Shown here: positions 17,005 to 26,339 of the stretch, piece after piece
Numbering within the stretch: position 1 is the stretch's first letter
Layout: each line of letters opens with the position of its first letter
Made by a program: the position numbers and the translations under genes
Notes under the pieces: generated by a model
What the model saw: the letters and a program-made list of their open reading frames with translations, nothing else
The model's database searches: none
What the model was told of the DNA's origin: nothing
DNA from: a virus
Lineage: Duplodnaviria > Caudoviricetes
Virus record (IMG/VR): IMGVR_UViG_3300002158_000009
Coordinates: 1 to 31,457 of that record
Reading direction: 5' to 3' (one strand)
DNA length: 31,457 nt

Positions 17005-17559
17005 ATGGCGAATGGAACCAACTCTTTCACCATCCGTGCTGACACTGCCACCCTGGATGATTTCCTGGGTGCGCTGGGCGAAGCTGCCGACCAGGCCGTG
17101 CGCCCCGCTGCGCAGGCCGGCGCGCAGATGCTCTACGAAGCGGTCAAGGTCAACGTCAGCTCCATAGGCAGCGTGACCGGCAACTTGGGCCGTGCGGTCT
17201 ACCAGGCGTTTTCTCCTGAGCACTCCATTGATGGCGTGCAGGCGCAGTACCACGTCAGCTGGAACGCCAGGAAAGCGCCTCACGGCCATCTGCTGGAGAG
17301 GGGGTGGGTACAGCGCTACGCAGTGACCATCGCCAAGGGTGGCAAGTGGGTCACGCGAGTGCGGCCCGAGGCGCAGGGAAAGCCCCGGCCGAAGCGCCGC
17401 GCAACGCAGGCCGAGAAAGATGCGTACTACGTGCCTCGGCCTGGGGGCCCCGTCCACCGGCTGGGATATTTCTTCGTTGCGCGCGCTGAGGACTCCATGT
17501 CCAAAGCCGTTGAGGCTGCGAATCTGGAGCTGCAAAAGCGCTATGACCAGGTGAAGTGA
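17005..17559 (+). CDS. HK97 gp10-family neck protein
   Basis: TGNLGRAV, APHGHLLERG; synteny. Confidence 0.8.
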   Translation: MANGTNSFTIRADTATLDDFLGALGEAADQAVRPAAQAGAQMLYEAVKVNVSSIGSVTGNLGRAVYQAFSPEHSIDGVQAQYHVSWNARKAPHGHLLERGWVQRYAVTIAKGGKWVTRVRPEAQGKPRPKRRATQAEKDAYYVPRPGGPVHRLGYFFVARAEDSMSKAVEAANLELQKRYDQVK

Positions 17560-17560
17560 C

Positions 17561-17926
17561 ATGAGCTATGAACCCGCCCTTGTGGCCATCCTGACGGCGC
17601 TGTGCCCGAGGTCTTTGCCGGTTGTCGCCCCATGGGGAACCAAGATGCCCTATGTGATCTGGCAGCGCGTTGGCGGACGGGCGATGCGCAACCTCGACAA
17701 GCGGCCAACGGGCAATCTGCGCAATGGTCGCGTCAGCATCACTGTCTGGGATGAAACGCCCATGAAGGCCACGGCGCTGATCCGCCAGATCGAGGACGCA
17801 TTGACGGCCTCCGATGCCATCCAGTGCACGCCGCTGGATGAACCTCTGGACATGTTCGATGACGGCGGCAGCGATGTCGTGATCTTCGGCATGCAGCAGA
17901 GCTTTTCAATCTGGGCGCGCCGATAG
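17561..17926 (+). CDS. Tail terminator (DUF3168-like)
   Basis: PYVIWQRVGG, RVSITVW; synteny. Confidence 0.8.
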   Translation: MSYEPALVAILTALCPRSLPVVAPWGTKMPYVIWQRVGGRAMRNLDKRPTGNLRNGRVSITVWDETPMKATALIRQIEDALTASDAIQCTPLDEPLDMFDDGGSDVVIFGMQQSFSIWARR

Positions 17927-17949
17927 CGCCCGACGCTTTCTCAACCCCG

Positions 17950-17971
17950 GCCCGCAGCAGCGGGCTTTTTT
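17950..17971 (+). terminator. Terminator-like hairpin before the tail tube gene
   Basis: gcccgc-agca-gcgggc-tttttt. Confidence 0.55.
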
Positions 17972-17991
17972 ACGTCCGAAAGGAAAACGCC

Positions 17992-18462
17992 ATGGGCGCA
18001 CAAACCGTTGCCGGGACCAAGATCGGCATTTCTGCAGCACTGCCCGCCACCTACGATAAAGATGGCTATGCGGCTTTGACTTTCTCCAAGATTGGAGAGA
18101 TCACTAACGGGGGTAGCCATGGTCGCACCTACCAGGTGGTCAACCACAACCCCATCGACACGCGCGGCACCCGCAAGTACAAGGGCTCCTTCAACGACGG
18201 GCAGAAGACCATCCAGCTCGCTGTGGACGCTGCAGACCCGGGGCAGATCATCGTCAAGGCTGCCCTTAACTCCGATGCCGCCTATGCCTTCGAAGTGAAG
18301 TACCAGGATGGCTCCATCGACTACTTCACGGGCCTTGTGACCAGCTGGTCCAAGTCCACTGAAAGCGTGGACAGCATGTACTCGGCCAGCGTGGGCCTGG
18401 AGCTGACCACCTCCAAGGATGGCGTCGGCATCATCGAAGTGCCCGCACCTGCCGGCCCCTGA
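17992..18462 (+). CDS. Major tail (tube) protein
   Basis: AAAGGA RBS; RKYKGSFNDG, DPGQIIVKAA; synteny. Confidence 0.85.
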   Translation: MGAQTVAGTKIGISAALPATYDKDGYAALTFSKIGEITNGGSHGRTYQVVNHNPIDTRGTRKYKGSFNDGQKTIQLAVDAADPGQIIVKAALNSDAAYAFEVKYQDGSIDYFTGLVTSWSKSTESVDSMYSASVGLELTTSKDGVGIIEVPAPAGP

Positions 18463-18576
18463 CCCTTCCCCCACTCGGCCCACGGGCCACCCCAGCACCG
18501 GCCCGGCTGTTTCGTCTCTCAGCGGAGGCGGGCAGTCGGGCGCGGGCATTTTCATTTCCTCCGCTGAAAGATCAAC

Positions 18577-19056
18577 ATGACCAAGTCCATCACCCAAGCC
18601 GTGGCCGTCGCCACATCCGCCGCTGTTGCTGCTGCCGAACTTGTGGACATCACCGCCTTCGACCTGGTGAGCGCCTGCGAGGCAGGCCACAAGTTCCCAC
18701 TGCGCAACCCGGACGGCTCGTCCACCGGCATCATCCTCATCGTGCGTGGCACGTTCGCGCCCGAGGTGGTCGCCTGGAACTCCGGTGTTGCGGAAAAATT
18801 CCTCAATGAGCAGCGCGCGGCCCAGCGCCGGGGCAAGGTCCCCAAGGCCAAGACCATCGACGAGATGGAGGCCCAGAACATCGAGGGCGCCGTGGTGCGT
18901 GTCGCTGGCTGGGAGGGCGTCCGCCAGCCCTACAGCGCAGACCAACTGCGCGCTGCGCTCAAGCGCAATCCACATTGGGCCGTGCAGATCATTGAGGAGT
19001 CCGACAGCCTGGGAAACTTTGGCGCGACCTCGGCATCCAGCTCCGAGGCTACGTAA
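18577..19056 (+). CDS. Tail assembly chaperone (G-like)
   Basis: Between tube and tape measure genes; ends with a slippery site at SLGNF. Confidence 0.85.
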   Translation: MTKSITQAVAVATSAAVAAAELVDITAFDLVSACEAGHKFPLRNPDGSSTGIILIVRGTFAPEVVAWNSGVAEKFLNEQRAAQRRGKVPKAKTIDEMEAQNIEGAVVRVAGWEGVRQPYSADQLRAALKRNPHWAVQIIEESDSLGNFGATSASSSEAT

Positions 19057-19466
19057 AGCAGCTGGCCTGGCTGCAGGCGCCCGTCGATCCGCCTAAGGGT
19101 TCGCGCGAGGATGCGCCACGGCAAAGCAGGGCACAGCGCATGGGTGATGAAGCAGCGCTGCCTTTGCCCGAGCTGGAGGACGGCTATCACTTCATCGCGG
19201 CGCTGATGGAAGTGGGGCCGGTTTCCTATGCGGGCATGGACCTGGCGCCCATCTCCTGGCCGGAGATAGCCGCCTGGCAGCAGGCCACGCGGTGCCCATT
19301 TCGCCCGCATGAGCTGCAGTTGCTGCGCAGCCTCTCGGCTGCGTACCTGGAGCAGTACCGGCTGTCCAAAAGCGATGCCTGTCCATCGCCCGAGATCATG
19401 CGCCCCGAGGATGGTGAGCAAGCCAAAAAGCTGGCGGCCCACATCAAGGGCGTGTTGCGGGGGTAA
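19011..19466 (+). CDS. Tail assembly chaperone T segment, expressed as a G-T fusion via -1 frameshift
   Basis: G GGA AAC at 19011-19017; the -1 frame is open (LWRDLGIQLRGYVKQLAWLQAP...) into the 19140-19466 ORF (ISWPEIAAWQQATR). Confidence 0.85.
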   Translation, partial: GKLWRDLGIQLRGYVKQLAWLQAPVDPPKGSREDAPRQSRAQRMGDEAALPLPELEDGYHFIAALMEVGPVSYAGMDLAPISWPEIAAWQQATRCPFRPHELQLLRSLSAAYLEQYRLSKSDACPSPEIMRPEDGEQAKKLAAHIKGVLRG

Positions 19467-19476
19467 TATTTGCGCC

Positions 19477-20004
19477 ATGGGAGCCTTGGGGCAAAATACT
19501 AAGGCCATGGAAGCTCTGTTAACGATTTGCCCCGAAGATCATGACGCGCTTAAGCGTGTCCTTGAAGAACCTAAGTTGCAGGACTTGGGTGGAGAGGTGC
19601 TTGGCGCCGTGGCACAAATGTCCCTTGCTTACGACGCTTCTCAGCAAGCCAACCTGAAGACGATTGCAAACATAATGATCAATCTAAAACTTCCGCAGTT
19701 TGATCATGAGTTCCTATACACGGGTAGTCAACTTGATGCAATTTTGAATGGTGTGGAGATATTGCAGTCTGCATTAAAAAATCAGCTGGAAACAATTTCG
19801 AAATCCATGGATCCTGTTGTAAGCCCGGTTGTAAAAGAGGCTGCAGAGAAAGTTTTTTGCGCGATTGAGCATGTGTTCGAGTATTCAGAGAGTGTTCGCT
19901 GGAATGTAATGAATGCTCAGGCTGAGCTTGACGCACCTATTAATGGGGGTCAAGTTTTTGATAGCGTGGATGCGGTTGTTTCTTTCCTTAAGAACAAGCC
20001 GTAG
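19477..20004 (+). CDS. Putative antitoxin (175 aa, or 165 aa if the start is 19507)
   Basis: AT-rich; directly upstream of the toxin; acidic C-terminus ELDAPINGGQVFDSVDAVVSFL recalls RelB/DinJ neutralising tails. Confidence 0.6.
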   Translation: MGALGQNTKAMEALLTICPEDHDALKRVLEEPKLQDLGGEVLGAVAQMSLAYDASQQANLKTIANIMINLKLPQFDHEFLYTGSQLDAILNGVEILQSALKNQLETISKSMDPVVSPVVKEAAEKVFCAIEHVFEYSESVRWNVMNAQAELDAPINGGQVFDSVDAVVSFLKNKP

Positions 20005-20006
20005 CC

Positions 20007-20342
20007 ATGGTTATGCGCGGAAATCTTAAATTTTGCCTAACGCCAAAATTCCAAAAGGATTTTGATGCATTATCCGCCGATATTCGAAAGAAAGTATTGG
20101 AATGTCTGCTGGATTTCAATAAAGATCCTCTGCCAGTATCGCGAAGGCCGCATTCGGTTACCAATAGAGGAGAGCGGCCCGCTATTTATACGATGGATGT
20201 GACCTCAAACAAATCGTATAAAATGAGTTTTAAGATTGAAGAAGGTATGGCATTCTTGCTTCGAGTTGGTACTCATAAAACACTCGACCGAGATCCGGGG
20301 CGAGCAGAGGCCAGTCGAGTATTTAAGGAATCTACACGGTAA
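20007..20342 (+). CDS. RelE/YafQ-superfamily toxin (111 aa)
   Basis: Basic protein; TPKFQKDFDALSADIRKKV, DPLPVSRRPH, FLLRVGTH (YafQ-type C-terminal His motif). Confidence 0.8.
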   Translation: MVMRGNLKFCLTPKFQKDFDALSADIRKKVLECLLDFNKDPLPVSRRPHSVTNRGERPAIYTMDVTSNKSYKMSFKIEEGMAFLLRVGTHKTLDRDPGRAEASRVFKESTR

Positions 20343-20370
20343 TTTTGGAGAAATTAATTTTATAGATTGA

Positions 20371-20427
20371 CCCGCCAACGGCGGGTTTTCTTTTTTCAGC
20401 CCCTCGGCAGTGCCGTGGGGCTTTTTT
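20371..20427 (+). terminator. Two tandem intrinsic terminators closing the toxin cassette
   Basis: cccgcc-aac-ggcggg-ttttctttttt and agcccctcggc-agt-gccgtggggc-tttttt. Confidence 0.75.
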
Positions 20428-20445
20428 ATTGCCCGGACGGTACGC

Positions 20446-23400
20446 ATGACAGACACCACGCGCAAATCGAATCTTGAGTTTGGTGTTCGCAACAACACCA
20501 AGGCCGGCCTGTCGGAGATCAAGCAGGATGTCAAAGCCGTGGGCGATGAGGCTGCCCAGGCAGGTTCCAAGGCTGGTACGGCTTTTGACGGCATGGGCAA
20601 GAGCAGCCAGACGGCTGCGAGCAGCATTGATCGCAGCACGCGCAGCATCATCAGCTCCCTGGAGCGCGAGATGGCCGCCATGCAGGCCGGTGGCAAGGGC
20701 ACTGCCGCCTATTACGAGACCATTGCCAAGCAGCGCGGCGCCGACATGGCCGCACTGGGTCCGTACCTGCAGCAGATGCGCCTGTTTGAAAAGCAGGCCG
20801 AAGAATCGTTCAAGACGGTTGGCATGTCTGCGCGAGCGACATCCGCTGCAATGCGCGGCGTGCCGGCCCAGATCAGCGACATCGTTGTGAGCCTGCAGGG
20901 CGGTATGCCCGTTATGACCGTGTTCATGCAGCAGGGCTTGCAGCTGCGCGATATGTTCGGTGGCTTCGCTGCGGCCGGCAAGGCATTGGGAAGCACCCTG
21001 CTGGGCCTGGTCAATCCCTACACCGTTGTAGCGGCTGCAGTGGTGGGCTTTGGCGCAGCCATGGCGTACTCGGAGAGCACGCTGCGCACCAACATGACGC
21101 TGATGGCGCAGTTGGAGGCCACAGGGCGCGCGGGCTTCCTGAACTCCGATGCCATCAAGCAGCTCAAGAAGGAGATGATTGAGCTGCCGGGGATCAGCAA
21201 GAGCATGGCCTCGGCCATCATTGCGGACCTGGTGCAGGTGCGAACCCTGGGCGGCGAGGCGCTGCAGAAGATTGCATTGCTGTCGGCAGACTTTGCAACG
21301 GCCACGGGCCAGGATGCCGCCAGCGCCGCCAAGGAGTTGGCCAAGGCGATGGAGGAGCCTGCCAAGGGAGCGCGTGTCCTGGATGAGGCCTTCAATTTCC
21401 TCACCGTGTCCCAACTGGTGGCCATTGAAGCCATGGTGGAGGCCGGCGACAAAGCCGGCGCTCAGGGCGTGGTGCTCGATGCCTTGGGCACTCGGCTCAA
21501 GGACCTTGCGGACAACAGCCTCACGCCGCTGCAGACCGCTACCAAGAACTTTGGCGATGCCTGGGATCAGGCCATGGCGAACGTCGCAAATGCGGGAACA
21601 CTGACGGCGGCCAATGATCTTGTCGCAGGTCTGGTAAACCGCTTTGCTGAACTGGTGGGCTGGCTCAACCGCGCCAAGTTGCCTGACTGGATGGAGCAGT
21701 CGTTCAAGGGTGGTCTCAATGGCATGGTCTACAGGGCCATCGTCGGCGACAACACTCCGAAGCCCGCTTTCACTGGCGGTGCGACTGGTGGCTGGGGCGA
21801 CAACACGGGCGGCGCCTCAGGCGGCTGGGGAACGACAGGTGCGAAGTCCACGGCCGACCAGGAGCTGTCCGAGCTGCTGGACACCACCAAGGCATTCAAG
21901 GGGAAAAAGGATGCCGTTGAGGACCTAAACAAGACCCTTGGCAGGCTGCAGACGCAGCAGCAGCGACTGCGCGATGAGGGGCGCGGCGATTCCAAGGAAG
22001 CGGATGAGCTGCAGACCCGCATCAACGGCATCAACGAAAAGATCAAGTCGCTGAGCAAGACGCGCGGCGACGGCGCCAAGAAAGAGCAGTCTGCCTATGC
22101 AGAACTTGCGGCCTCGATCCAAGCCAAGATTGACGCCAACAAAGCGGAAGTCACCCAGTCCGGCAAGCTCAACGACGCCCAAAAGGCCGAGATCAAGCTC
22201 AATGCCGATCTGAAGGAAGGAAAGATCAAGCTGTCGGCCGCGCATGAGGCGGATCTGCGCGGGCGCATTGCGGTCTGGAAGCAGCAGGAAAAGGACAAGG
22301 CGCAGGCCAAGGAAAACGTCGCGCTCTACCAGCAGCAACTCGACATTGAAAAACAGGTCACAGAGGACTATCTCAAGCGCTCCAAGGCCCTGGAATCGGC
22401 GCGCCAGGCCATGGACGCTTACGAGCAGTCGGCGAAAGAGGACTTCGAGCGTCTGCAGCTGGAGGCCGGCCTGATCGGCATGAGTAACCAGGCGCGTGCC
22501 GTGGCCCTGGCGCAATACGATGCCGAGCTGGAACTCAAGCGCAAGATCGCGGAGATAGAGCGGCTGGATGCGACCACTGCGCAAAAAGATGAGCTGATTG
22601 ACCGTGCGCGCGTGGTCTCCTATCAGCGAATGGCCAGCGCCCAGACCAAGGCCTATAACGATGAATGGAACAAGGCCTACGACCAGGCCAGCCAGTCGCT
22701 CAGTGATGCGCTGATGGCGGGCGGCAAGAACGGCGCCGAGTACATCGAGGGCCTGTTCCGCTCCCTGGTGCTGCGGCCCGTGATTCAGGCCATCGTGGCG
22801 CCCATCGCCGGGGATATCGCCTCTACTGTGCTGTCCATGCTCGGCATGGGACCCAGCGGTGGCTCGGGCGGCGGTTCTGGCGTAGGGTTGGGCAACCTCT
22901 CCACCATGTACCGGCTGGGCACCTCATCGATGATGAAGGACTTCGGCCTGGGCCTGGGCAACCTGGTCAACAACGCCGGCGGCAAGCTCTACAACTTGGG
23001 CTTGGAGAAGGTGGGCAGCTCGCTGATCGATTTCGGCGACATGCTCACGAAGTATTCCGGGATCATCAACAAGGCCGGCGCCGCATTCAGCTACGTCAGC
23101 GCGATCTTGAACATCGCCGACGGCAAGTGGGGCGCGGGCCTTGGTACGGCGGTTGGTCAGTGGTTTGGTGGCCCTATCGGCGCGTTCATTGGCAACTGGA
23201 TTGGCGGTCTGCTGGACAAGGCATTCGGCTCGCGTGGTGCAAACCATGTGGGAGCTGCATACAGCACGACAGGCGTCGGCAACGACAAGGCCGCTGAGAT
23301 GCTGTTTGGGCGCGCCGGCGGCGATTGGTATGACGATCTCACAAAGCGCAATAGTCCGGAGCTGGGCAAGCAACTTGGGCAATCCGTTGATGCCTGGGTG

Positions 23401-25407
23401 CAGCTCTATAAATCGCTGGCGGGCTACGCTGGAGGTAGCGCCAAGGACATCGATATCGTCGCTGGCTTTGCCACAAACCCAAAGCACGGCGATGAGGATA
23501 GCTACGGCTATTTCAAGATCATCGACAAGATCACCGGCGAAGTCCTGAAGGGCTACACGGCACGGGATGGTGTGCTGGGAACAGATCCTCAGAAGGCCTG
23601 GGCGCAGTACATGGCGGACATGGGCGGGGCAGTCATCGACCAGCTCAAAAAAGCCGATATCCCGGGCTGGATGCGCGAGGAATTCGATGCGCTGGGTGAG
23701 GACATCACCGTGGAAGGTCTCAACGAGGCATTGCGCAACATCGCAATGATCGATGCTGCATTCCGTGGGTGGGCCGACACGTTGGTGGGCTTTGCGGATC
23801 TGACGGCCAAGGCTCAGACGGAGCTGCTGAAGTTCTCGGGCGGTATCGAGGCGCTGTCCAACAACATCAATGCCTTCTACTCCAGCTTCTACTCTGAAGA
23901 GGAGAGGGCGGGGATCCTGCAGCGGCAGGTGAGGGAAGGGCTCAAGGCGCTGGGCGTGGACATCGATCCTGCAGGCGGCGAATCTGCCAAGAAAGCATTC
24001 AGGAAGCTCATCGAAGACGCGCTCGCATCGGGCAACACGGAGCTTGCAGCGAAGCTGCTGGCCTTGGCACAGATGTTTGGCGTGGCGGCGGACTATGCCC
24101 AGAAGGCTGCTGAGACGGCTGCCGATGCGGCGAAGACGGCGGCGGACGAGGTTGCGAAGCAGCTCGCCGAATCACGGCAGAAGGCCAAGGATGCGGCGAT
24201 GGCCAACTTTGAGGCCGCTGTGCAGCGTGAACAGGACTACTGGAGCGCCATCGCCTCGGCCGCGCAGTCGGCCATCAGCAGCATGTCTGCGGTGCTGGCT
24301 ACGCTGAAATCCAATGCCCGGGAGCTGTATGGCACCGTGGACTCCACACAGCAAATGCTGGCAGCACGGGGAATGGTCTACATCGAAGAGGCCTTGGAGG
24401 GCGTGCGCGCGGGTCGCAAGATCACTGACTACAGTGATTTGAGTGACGCTATCAGCGCCGCGCGCAGCGGCATCAACTCCCGCGCATATGCCACGCAGTT
24501 TGAAAAAGACCGCGATGCGCTTGTGCTGGCGGGCCAGCTCGCTGACCTGGCAGAGCAGGGCGATGCCCAGTTGAGCCAGGAGGAACGGTTGCTCAAGAAC
24601 TCGCAAGAGCAGCTTGAGCGCCTGGATAAGACGCTGATCTACTGGCGCGAGCTGATTGAGGGCAACGAAAAGCACATCGATGCCACGTTGAGTGTGGAAG
24701 CCGCGATCAAGGCGCTTGAAGCGCTGCTGTTTCCTGACAGCCCTGCAGGATCTGGGGCTGGCGGCGGCAGTGGCGGCAAGACGCCGACCCCGAGCTGGGG
24801 GAGTGGAGGCGGTGGCGGGTTTGAACCCGCCAACAGCGGCAAATACAAGACGCCCACAGCGATCCTGGGTGGTGGCACGGTTATCTATGAATACGCAGAT
24901 GCCGACTACTCGAAGAAGCTCGATGGCCTCTCGTCCACGTTCCATAAGTACGACGGCACGGGGGATTTCTCGGGCCTTGCCAACGAGTTCAAAGCAGCTG
25001 GTGGATCGGCCCGGGATCTGGCGTACCTGTACGGCTTTTCCGAGGCGGATGTGCTCGCGGCCCTGGACCGTAACGGGATTCCACGCTTTGACGTGGGGAC
25101 CAACTACGTGCCGCAGGACATGCTCGCGCAGATCCACGAAGGGGAGGCCATTCTGCCCAAGGCGTTCAACCCGTGGGCCGGCGCCGCTGGCCTGGCGGGG
25201 GCCGGTTCGAGCCGCGCCGACGCGCTGCTGGAAAGGCTGCTTTCCAGCGTGGAGCGGCTGGATGCACGCATGGCCGAAGTCAGCGAAAGCGCAACCGCGC
25301 TCTACGACCAGCACGACAGCGTGACGGAAGGTGGCAACGCCAACCGGGTCGAGGTCATGAACATCAAACAACTGGCGCAAGCCATTGCGGAGGAGATGCA
25401 GGCATGA
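20446..25407 (+). CDS. Tail tape measure protein (1653 aa)
   Basis: Lambda-type VPAQISDIVVSLQGGMPVMTVFMQQGLQLRDMFGG; long Ala-rich helices; C-terminal FDVGTNYVPQDMLAQIHEGEAILP. Confidence 0.95.
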   Translation: MTDTTRKSNLEFGVRNNTKAGLSEIKQDVKAVGDEAAQAGSKAGTAFDGMGKSSQTAASSIDRSTRSIISSLEREMAAMQAGGKGTAAYYETIAKQRGADMAALGPYLQQMRLFEKQAEESFKTVGMSARATSAAMRGVPAQISDIVVSLQGGMPVMTVFMQQGLQLRDMFGGFAAAGKALGSTLLGLVNPYTVVAAAVVGFGAAMAYSESTLRTNMTLMAQLEATGRAGFLNSDAIKQLKKEMIELPGISKSMASAIIADLVQVRTLGGEALQKIALLSADFATATGQDAASAAKELAKAMEEPAKGARVLDEAFNFLTVSQLVAIEAMVEAGDKAGAQGVVLDALGTRLKDLADNSLTPLQTATKNFGDAWDQAMANVANAGTLTAANDLVAGLVNRFAELVGWLNRAKLPDWMEQSFKGGLNGMVYRAIVGDNTPKPAFTGGATGGWGDNTGGASGGWGTTGAKSTADQELSELLDTTKAFKGKKDAVEDLNKTLGRLQTQQQRLRDEGRGDSKEADELQTRINGINEKIKSLSKTRGDGAKKEQSAYAELAASIQAKIDANKAEVTQSGKLNDAQKAEIKLNADLKEGKIKLSAAHEADLRGRIAVWKQQEKDKAQAKENVALYQQQLDIEKQVTEDYLKRSKALESARQAMDAYEQSAKEDFERLQLEAGLIGMSNQARAVALAQYDAELELKRKIAEIERLDATTAQKDELIDRARVVSYQRMASAQTKAYNDEWNKAYDQASQSLSDALMAGGKNGAEYIEGLFRSLVLRPVIQAIVAPIAGDIASTVLSMLGMGPSGGSGGGSGVGLGNLSTMYRLGTSSMMKDFGLGLGNLVNNAGGKLYNLGLEKVGSSLIDFGDMLTKYSGIINKAGAAFSYVSAILNIADGKWGAGLGTAVGQWFGGPIGAFIGNWIGGLLDKAFGSRGANHVGAAYSTTGVGNDKAAEMLFGRAGGDWYDDLTKRNSPELGKQLGQSVDAWVQLYKSLAGYAGGSAKDIDIVAGFATNPKHGDEDSYGYFKIIDKITGEVLKGYTARDGVLGTDPQKAWAQYMADMGGAVIDQLKKADIPGWMREEFDALGEDITVEGLNEALRNIAMIDAAFRGWADTLVGFADLTAKAQTELLKFSGGIEALSNNINAFYSSFYSEEERAGILQRQVREGLKALGVDIDPAGGESAKKAFRKLIEDALASGNTELAAKLLALAQMFGVAADYAQKAAETAADAAKTAADEVAKQLAESRQKAKDAAMANFEAAVQREQDYWSAIASAAQSAISSMSAVLATLKSNARELYGTVDSTQQMLAARGMVYIEEALEGVRAGRKITDYSDLSDAISAARSGINSRAYATQFEKDRDALVLAGQLADLAEQGDAQLSQEERLLKNSQEQLERLDKTLIYWRELIEGNEKHIDATLSVEAAIKALEALLFPDSPAGSGAGGGSGGKTPTPSWGSGGGGGFEPANSGKYKTPTAILGGGTVIYEYADADYSKKLDGLSSTFHKYDGTGDFSGLANEFKAAGGSARDLAYLYGFSEADVLAALDRNGIPRFDVGTNYVPQDMLAQIHEGEAILPKAFNPWAGAAGLAGAGSSRADALLERLLSSVERLDARMAEVSESATALYDQHDSVTEGGNANRVEVMNIKQLAQAIAEEMQA

Positions 25408-26339
25408 ACCCATCTGCGCGCGTCATGGTGCCCGTGAAGATCGTGGACGCCATGATTGCAGCGGGCACCACCGTGCCCGAGCCAAACACGACCAATGGGG
25501 AGGTTGCGTGGGTCGCCAGTGGCAGCTATGCCATTGACGATCTGCGCACCTCCAATGGTTCCGTGTATTCATGCATACGTGTGCACTCCGGGCGGCCGAC
25601 TCGCCCGGAATTGGATCCTGGCTACTGGCGCCGCAAAGGTCCGACAGATCGCCAGGCGCCTTTTGATGACTATTCGTCCACAAAGACGCGTGGCAAAGGG
25701 GTCATCACGTTCGTGCTGACTCCTGGCTTTATCAATGGCGTCAGCGTCTATGGACCCGAAGGGGCAACCTATTCGCTTGTCGTCCGTGCTGCTCCTGGTG
25801 GCGTTGTGATCCGTGAGAAGCACGGAGATCTTTATGCCCAAGCTGCAGGGCTTTGGGAGCTGCTCTTTACGCCGCTACCGGCCCTGGAAAAAGTCAGCAT
25901 GGACGAAATTCCAATAGCGCCAAATGCAGAGGTCACGGTAACCATCCGAGCGCCTGGCAATGGAGCGGTTGCTGTGGGCGACATCAAGGTGGGTGACTGG
26001 CGCCCCTTGGTCGGCGACACGGATATGGGGGGGGTGGAGCGAGGCGCGGAGGCGCAGCGCAAGCCCTACACCTACCGCAAATACAACGATGACGGCACGT
26101 ATGACCAAGTGCGACGCGGCAATGCCCGCGACGTGTCCTGCCGCGTACTGCTGGACGCCGAAGAGGCTATGTATGCGGACGCGATCCTTGGCGAGATCCT
26201 CGATATGGCAGTGCCCTTCGAGGCCTCGAATCTTCCCCGCCTTGGCTATCTCAACACACTCGGCTTTGTCTCTGGGGCAATCAGGGCGGACGAGTGGGGG
26301 GTGACCTCTCTAACACTCAACATCAAGGGCAATATCTGA
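25404..26339 (+). CDS. Tail tip/distal protein with CBM5/12-like segment (311 aa)
   Basis: ATGA overlap with tape measure; WVASGSYAIDDLRTSNGSVYSCIRVH...P...YW; beta-rich C-terminus. Confidence 0.7.
   Translation: MNPSARVMVPVKIVDAMIAAGTTVPEPNTTNGEVAWVASGSYAIDDLRTSNGSVYSCIRVHSGRPTRPELDPGYWRRKGPTDRQAPFDDYSSTKTRGKGVITFVLTPGFINGVSVYGPEGATYSLVVRAAPGGVVIREKHGDLYAQAAGLWELLFTPLPALEKVSMDEIPIAPNAEVTVTIRAPGNGAVAVGDIKVGDWRPLVGDTDMGGVERGAEAQRKPYTYRKYNDDGTYDQVRRGNARDVSCRVLLDAEEAMYADAILGEILDMAVPFEASNLPRLGYLNTLGFVSGAIRADEWGVTSLTLNIKGNI

Noticed and set aside
19309-19476. Upstream extension of the antitoxin ORF to 231 aa
   Set aside because: Overlaps the chaperone T segment and precedes the compositional break
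20332-25413. Antisense ORFs within the tape measure gene (360, 219, 413 aa)
   Set aside because: Shadow frames with no RBS or domain evidence
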